NCBI GenBank assembly: GCA_001896885.1
Contig: MKRJ01000011.1
Span: 80,265-104,264, forward strand
Source: Rhizobiales bacterium 65-79
GTDB lineage: Bacteria > Pseudomonadota > Alphaproteobacteria > Rhizobiales > Rhizobiaceae
Direction of reading: 5' to 3'
DNA length: 24,000 bases
Shown here: in pieces, positions 20,561 to 24,000 of the stretch
Numbering within the stretch: position 1 is the first letter of the stretch
How the letters are laid out: each line of letters starts with the position of its first letter
Made by a program: the position numbers and the translations under genes
Notes under the pieces: model-generated
Told to the model about the DNA's origin: nothing
What the model saw: the letters and a program-made list of their open reading frames with translations, nothing else
Databases searched by the model: none

Positions 20561-21094
20561 ATGCCCGAGAAAGCGACGAGCGAATTCTGGCGCGAGCTGA
20601 AGCCGATCACCACGGTGTTCCAGCCGAACGCGCTCCCGGAAATCTATACCGCGCATGCGGCGACCGAGGACGAGCGCTATTACGTGCCCTTCACCGAGAC
20701 GGTGTCCTCGCGGCCGCTCTGGATTTCGCCCAGCCAGAACAAATGGTGCGATGTGTTGATGGCGAAGAAGGCCGGGCTGGTGAACCGCCACTATCACCCG
20801 CACCAGGTCTTCGCCTACACGATCTCCGGCAAGTGGGGCTATCTCGAGCATGACTGGACCGCGACCGCGGGCGACTTCGTCTACGAGACGCCGGGCGAGG
20901 GGCATACGCTGGTCGCCTACGAGCACGAGGAGCCGATGAAGACGATCTTCGTCGTCGAGGGGCCGCTGATCTGGCTCGACGACAAGGGCAAGGCGGACGG
21001 CTATTTCGATGTTCACATGTATATCGCCATGTGCAAGGCGCATTACGACAAGGTCGGCCTCGGCGCTGGGATGATCGACGCGATCCTGCGGTAG
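20561..21094 (+). CDS. Cupin-fold non-heme iron dioxygenase of the 2,4'-dihydroxyacetophenone dioxygenase (Dad) family, 177 aa
   Basis: Cupin motif 1 NRHYHPHQVFAYTISG and motif 2 GDFVYETPGEGHTL. His77, His79 and His115 are spaced like the Dad 3-His site (His76/78/114, from memory), and the length is the same as Dad. GAGGAG RBS; the start is 17 nt after the permease stop. Confidence 0.75.
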   Translation: MPEKATSEFWRELKPITTVFQPNALPEIYTAHAATEDERYYVPFTETVSSRPLWISPSQNKWCDVLMAKKAGLVNRHYHPHQVFAYTISGKWGYLEHDWTATAGDFVYETPGEGHTLVAYEHEEPMKTIFVVEGPLIWLDDKGKADGYFDVHMYIAMCKAHYDKVGLGAGMIDAILR

Positions 21095-21095
21095 G

Positions 21096-21854
21096 TCAGG
21101 CGCTCATGCCGCCGTCGACCATCAGCATCGTGCCGGTGGTGAAGCTCGACTGGTCGGAGGCGAGATAGAGCGCCGAGCGGGCGATCTCGCCGGGTTCGGC
21201 ATGGCGGCCGAGCGGGATGATCTCGTTGAAGAATTCGGTGCCGTCGCGGCCGATGACGCCGGAGAGGTCGGCCTCGACCGCGCCCTGGAAGGAATTCGCC
21301 ACCGGTCCCGGATGCAGCGTGTTGACGCGAATGCGGCGCGGCGCAAGCTCCTTGGCTAGGCAGCGCATCAGGCCCACCTGCGCGTGCTTGGCCGTGATGT
21401 AGCCGTAGACGCCGGGATCGCCGCGCGTGCCGGCGACGCTCGACATGATGACGATGCTGCCGCCGTCGGCCATCTTTGGCACCGCTGCCCGGATGAGCAG
21501 GAAGGCTCCCTTGACGTGGACGCGATAGACCGCATCGAAGACTTCCTCGGGATACTCCCCGATCGGGGCGACGGTGCCGAAATTCCCCGCATTGCTGACG
21601 ACGACGTCGAGCCGGCCGAAGGCGGCAAGCGCCGTATCGACCATGCGCTCCGCATCCTGGGCGCGGGTGACGTCACCGGCGACCGCCACCGTCCGTTCGC
21701 TTCCGATCTCGTCGCGCGCCGTGGCGAGCGCGCTTTCGTCGAGGTCGGACAGGACGAGTTTCGCTCCTTCTCCGGCGAAGAGTTTCGCGATGGCCCGACC
21801 GAGGCTGCCGGCTCCGCCGGTGATGAGACAAACCTTGTCCTGCAAAGCATTCAT
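21096..21854 (-). CDS. Classical short-chain dehydrogenase/reductase, 252 aa
   Basis: Contains TGGAGSLG (cofactor), NAG, the SSVAG Ser, and the catalytic YITAKHA (Y-x3-K). ATG 21854 is preceded by GGAGGG. The track ORF start at 22037 is a spurious extension. Confidence 0.9.
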   Translation of the reverse strand: MNALQDKVCLITGGAGSLGRAIAKLFAGEGAKLVLSDLDESALATARDEIGSERTVAVAGDVTRAQDAERMVDTALAAFGRLDVVVSNAGNFGTVAPIGEYPEEVFDAVYRVHVKGAFLLIRAAVPKMADGGSIVIMSSVAGTRGDPGVYGYITAKHAQVGLMRCLAKELAPRRIRVNTLHPGPVANSFQGAVEADLSGVIGRDGTEFFNEIIPLGRHAEPGEIARSALYLASDQSSFTTGTMLMVDGGMSA

Positions 21855-22014
21855 GATGTGCCCTCCCGGCGTCGGCCGCCGGACGATAGCGACGGCCGGC
21901 TGCCTTTCCAATCTCGCATTACCCTCTCGACGCGCGGATCGGAAAGGGGCATTCTCGCCGAAATACTGGCGGCCCCGCCCTATTGTCGTGGGCCGAGACG
22001 GAGGAGCAAAGCTC

Positions 22015-22602
22015 ATGCGAAACTTCCATGGCGCCATCCTGCCGGCGCCTGCCTTTCCGACCGTCGACTGGGCCGCGATCCGGACCGGCCTTCAACGCGT
22101 GACATGGGAAGATGTCTTCCGCCAGTTGACGATAAAGCGTCTTGCCGGCGGCACCGCCGTGCTTCTGCTCATCCTGTTCTCGTTCGGTTGGGCCACACGC
22201 AACGACCCTTCCCAGAAACCCTACCTGGCGGTCATCGGCGGGGGCTTCATCTATAATTACCGGGAAGGCGAGGAATTCTACGACGTGGTCACCGAGGTCA
22301 AGAAGCCGCTCGCCGAAGGATCGATCGTCGAGGTCGAATTCGAAAATCCGGCCGGCGGCGCCCCCTTGGTCGTCTCGGAGCGCGTGAGCGCGCAGACCAA
22401 CCGTTACGCCTTCCATTCGCCGCAGATCCACGGCGTCGTCGGCGGCAAGCCCTACAAGGTCGTGATCCGCGTCTATGACCGCGAAAAGACGAAACTGATC
22501 TGGTCGACCACCCGCAATTTCAAGAGCGATCTCGACGACAACGTCGTGCCCAAGAAGCCGGTGGTCATCGGACCCGGCTATACGCCAAATCCCGATCTCT
22601 AA
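22015..22602 (+). CDS. Hypothetical single-pass membrane protein, 195 aa
   Basis: ATG 22015 has GGAGGAG 8 nt upstream. There is one TM segment (LAGGTAVLLLILFSFGWA), then a roughly 130-aa beta-rich, presumably periplasmic domain. A clear intrinsic terminator follows. The track ORF from 21574 is an antisense-overlap extension. Confidence 0.55.
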   Translation: MRNFHGAILPAPAFPTVDWAAIRTGLQRVTWEDVFRQLTIKRLAGGTAVLLLILFSFGWATRNDPSQKPYLAVIGGGFIYNYREGEEFYDVVTEVKKPLAEGSIVEVEFENPAGGAPLVVSERVSAQTNRYAFHSPQIHGVVGGKPYKVVIRVYDREKTKLIWSTTRNFKSDLDDNVVPKKPVVIGPGYTPNPDL

Positions 22603-22620
22603 TGCCGGTTCCCGTACGTG

Positions 22621-22650
22621 AACGGCGGGCTTGGCCCGCCGTTTTCATTG
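22621..22650 (+). terminator. Rho-independent terminator downstream of the 195-aa ORF
   Basis: AACGGCGGGC-ttg-GCCCGCCGTT (10-bp stem at 22621-22630 and 22634-22643) followed by TTCATT. It starts 18 nt after the TAA stop at 22600-22602. Confidence 0.7.
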
Positions 22651-22725
22651 CGGCAGTCGATCGAGGAAAAATAGGCCTTTACGCAATCGAAGATCGCCGG
22701 CCGGCGACGCGGAGGAGTTTGCGGC

Positions 22726-24000
22726 ATGTATCTCGGACTTGATCTGGGCACGTCGGGCGTCAAGGCGCTGCTGATCGACGAGCGGCAGGCGGTGATCGGG
22801 TCGGCGAACGGCGCGCTCGATATTTCGCGCCCGCATCCGGGCTGGTCGGAACAGGACCCGGCGCACTGGATCCGCGCCACCGGGGATGCCGTCGACGCGC
22901 TCAAGGCGGCGCACCCGCAGGCGCTTGCCGCCGTCAAGGGCATAGGCCTTTCCGGCCAGATGCACGGCGCGACGCTTCTCGGCGCCGCGGACGAGGTGCT
23001 CAGGCCTTGCATATTGTGGAACGACACGCGCAGTTTCCTCGAGGCGGCGGCGCTCGACGCCGATCCGCGCTTCCGCGCCGTCACTGGCAACATCGTCTTT
23101 CCGGGTTTCACGGCGCCGAAGCTCGTCTGGGTCAGGAAGAATGAACCCGGAATCTTCGCGAAGGTGAGGAAGGTACTGCTGCCGAAGGACTATCTGCGCC
23201 TCTGGCTGACCGGCGAGCACATATCGGAAATGTCGGATGCCAGCGGCACGGCCTGGCTCGATGTCGCGGCGCGACGCTGGTCGGACGAGCTGCTGAGGGC
23301 GACGGAGCTCGACGAAAGCCATATGCCGTCTCTCGTGGAGGGTACGGATCGCGCCGGCGTGCTGAGGCCGGAACTCGCCGCGCGATGGGGGATCGGCGGT
23401 GCCGTGGTCGTCGCCGGCGGGGCGGGAGACAATGCCGCTTCCGCCTGCGGCATGGGCACGATCGGCGAGGGCCAGGCCTTCGTCTCGCTCGGCACGTCGG
23501 GCGTTCTGTTCGCCGCCAACGCCACCTATCTGCCGAACCCGGAAAGCGCGGTCCACGCTTTCTGCCACGCGCTGCCCGCCACCTGGCACCAGATGGGGGT
23601 GATCCTGTCGGCAACAGATTCGCTGAACTGGCTCTCGGAAATCACCGGCCGCTCGGCCGCGGAACTGACCGGCGAACTCGGCGAGACGCTGAGGGCGCCG
23701 AGCGGGGTGACCTTCCTGCCCTATCTGTCGGGCGAGCGTACGCCTTATAACGATGCCACGATCCGCGGCGCCTTCGCAGGCCTCGGCCACGAAGCGGACC
23801 GTGCCGCCCTGGCGCAGGCCGTGCTTGAGGGTGTTGCGTTTGCCTTTCGCGATTGCCTCGAAGCGCTGAAGAAGGCGGGCACGAGGCTCGATCGCGTCAC
23901 CGCGATCGGCGGCGGCTCACGCTCGGCCTATTGGCTGAAGGCGATCGCAACCGCCCTCGGCCTGCCGGTCGACATACCCGCCGAGGGCGATTTCGGCGCC
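22726..24000 (+). CDS. xylB: Xylulokinase (FGGY family), first 425 codons; continues off the right edge
   Basis: My own translation is open for all 425 codons. It reads MYLGLDLGTSGVKALLIDE..., GLSGQMHGATLL, ILWNDTR, FLPYLSGERTP and AIGGGSRSAYW. GGAGGAG lies 8 nt upstream of ATG 22726. It is missing from the ORF track because no stop codon lies in the window. Confidence 0.92.
   Translation, partial: MYLGLDLGTSGVKALLIDERQAVIGSANGALDISRPHPGWSEQDPAHWIRATGDAVDALKAAHPQALAAVKGIGLSGQMHGATLLGAADEVLRPCILWNDTRSFLEAAALDADPRFRAVTGNIVFPGFTAPKLVWVRKNEPGIFAKVRKVLLPKDYLRLWLTGEHISEMSDASGTAWLDVAARRWSDELLRATELDESHMPSLVEGTDRAGVLRPELAARWGIGGAVVVAGGAGDNAASACGMGTIGEGQAFVSLGTSGVLFAANATYLPNPESAVHAFCHALPATWHQMGVILSATDSLNWLSEITGRSAAELTGELGETLRAPSGVTFLPYLSGERTPYNDATIRGAFAGLGHEADRAALAQAVLEGVAFAFRDCLEALKKAGTRLDRVTAIGGGSRSAYWLKAIATALGLPVDIPAEGDFGA

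Noticed and set aside
17779-21094. Very long track ORFs (568, 637 and 648 aa) spanning the ABC genes
   Set aside because: Only their C-terminal portions are real (the LivH-like, LivM-like and cupin genes). The N-terminal parts are Arg/Pro/Gly-rich read-through in alternative frames of the upstream genes.
22645-23790. 381-aa minus-strand ORF
   Set aside because: It is antisense to xylB. xylB is missing from the track only because it runs off the window without a stop; my own translation of the plus strand is open and has FGGY kinase motifs.

Overview
High-GC window (roughly 65% by eye) that reads like an alphaproteobacterial anoxygenic phototroph. It has three blocks. (1) 1-8145 is one edge of a photosynthesis gene cluster. 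bchB (partial), bchN and bchF lie on the minus strand. Diverging from them on the plus strand are aerR/ppaA, ppsR, bchG, a PucC/LhaA-family MFS gene, bchP and an 89-aa membrane ORF. (2) 8153-14796 is a compact Calvin-cycle regulon. cbbR diverges from cbbF, cbbP (prk), cbbL, cbbS, cbbX and rpe, which carry form IC-type RuBisCO and the red-type activase CbbX. This operon converges on the photosynthesis operon with only 7 nt between stop codons. (3) 15007-24000 is an accessory metabolic block. It holds an unknown 193-aa membrane protein, a 5-gene HAAT (Liv-type) ABC importer whose binding-protein gene is frameshifted, a co-transcribed 3-His cupin of the 2,4'-dihydroxyacetophenone dioxygenase type, a convergent SDR, a single-pass hypothetical protein and xylB (partial). 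I found no tRNA, rRNA, CRISPR, IS or integrase signatures. The most unusual observation is that the cbbF product is clearly a class I FBPase homologue, yet three catalytic or metal-binding carboxylates all read Gln and several substrate contacts are also changed. That pattern suggests a pseudo-enzyme as the first gene of an otherwise intact cbb operon. Other points worth a second look are the terminator-less tail-to-tail junction of the photosynthesis and cbb operons under a long stem-loop, a PpsR-type palindrome over a perfect -35 box for bchF, a single-cysteine PpsR, and a perfect 8-N6-8 palindrome upstream of the ABC operon. All family assignments come from by-eye motif recognition; no database searches were run.
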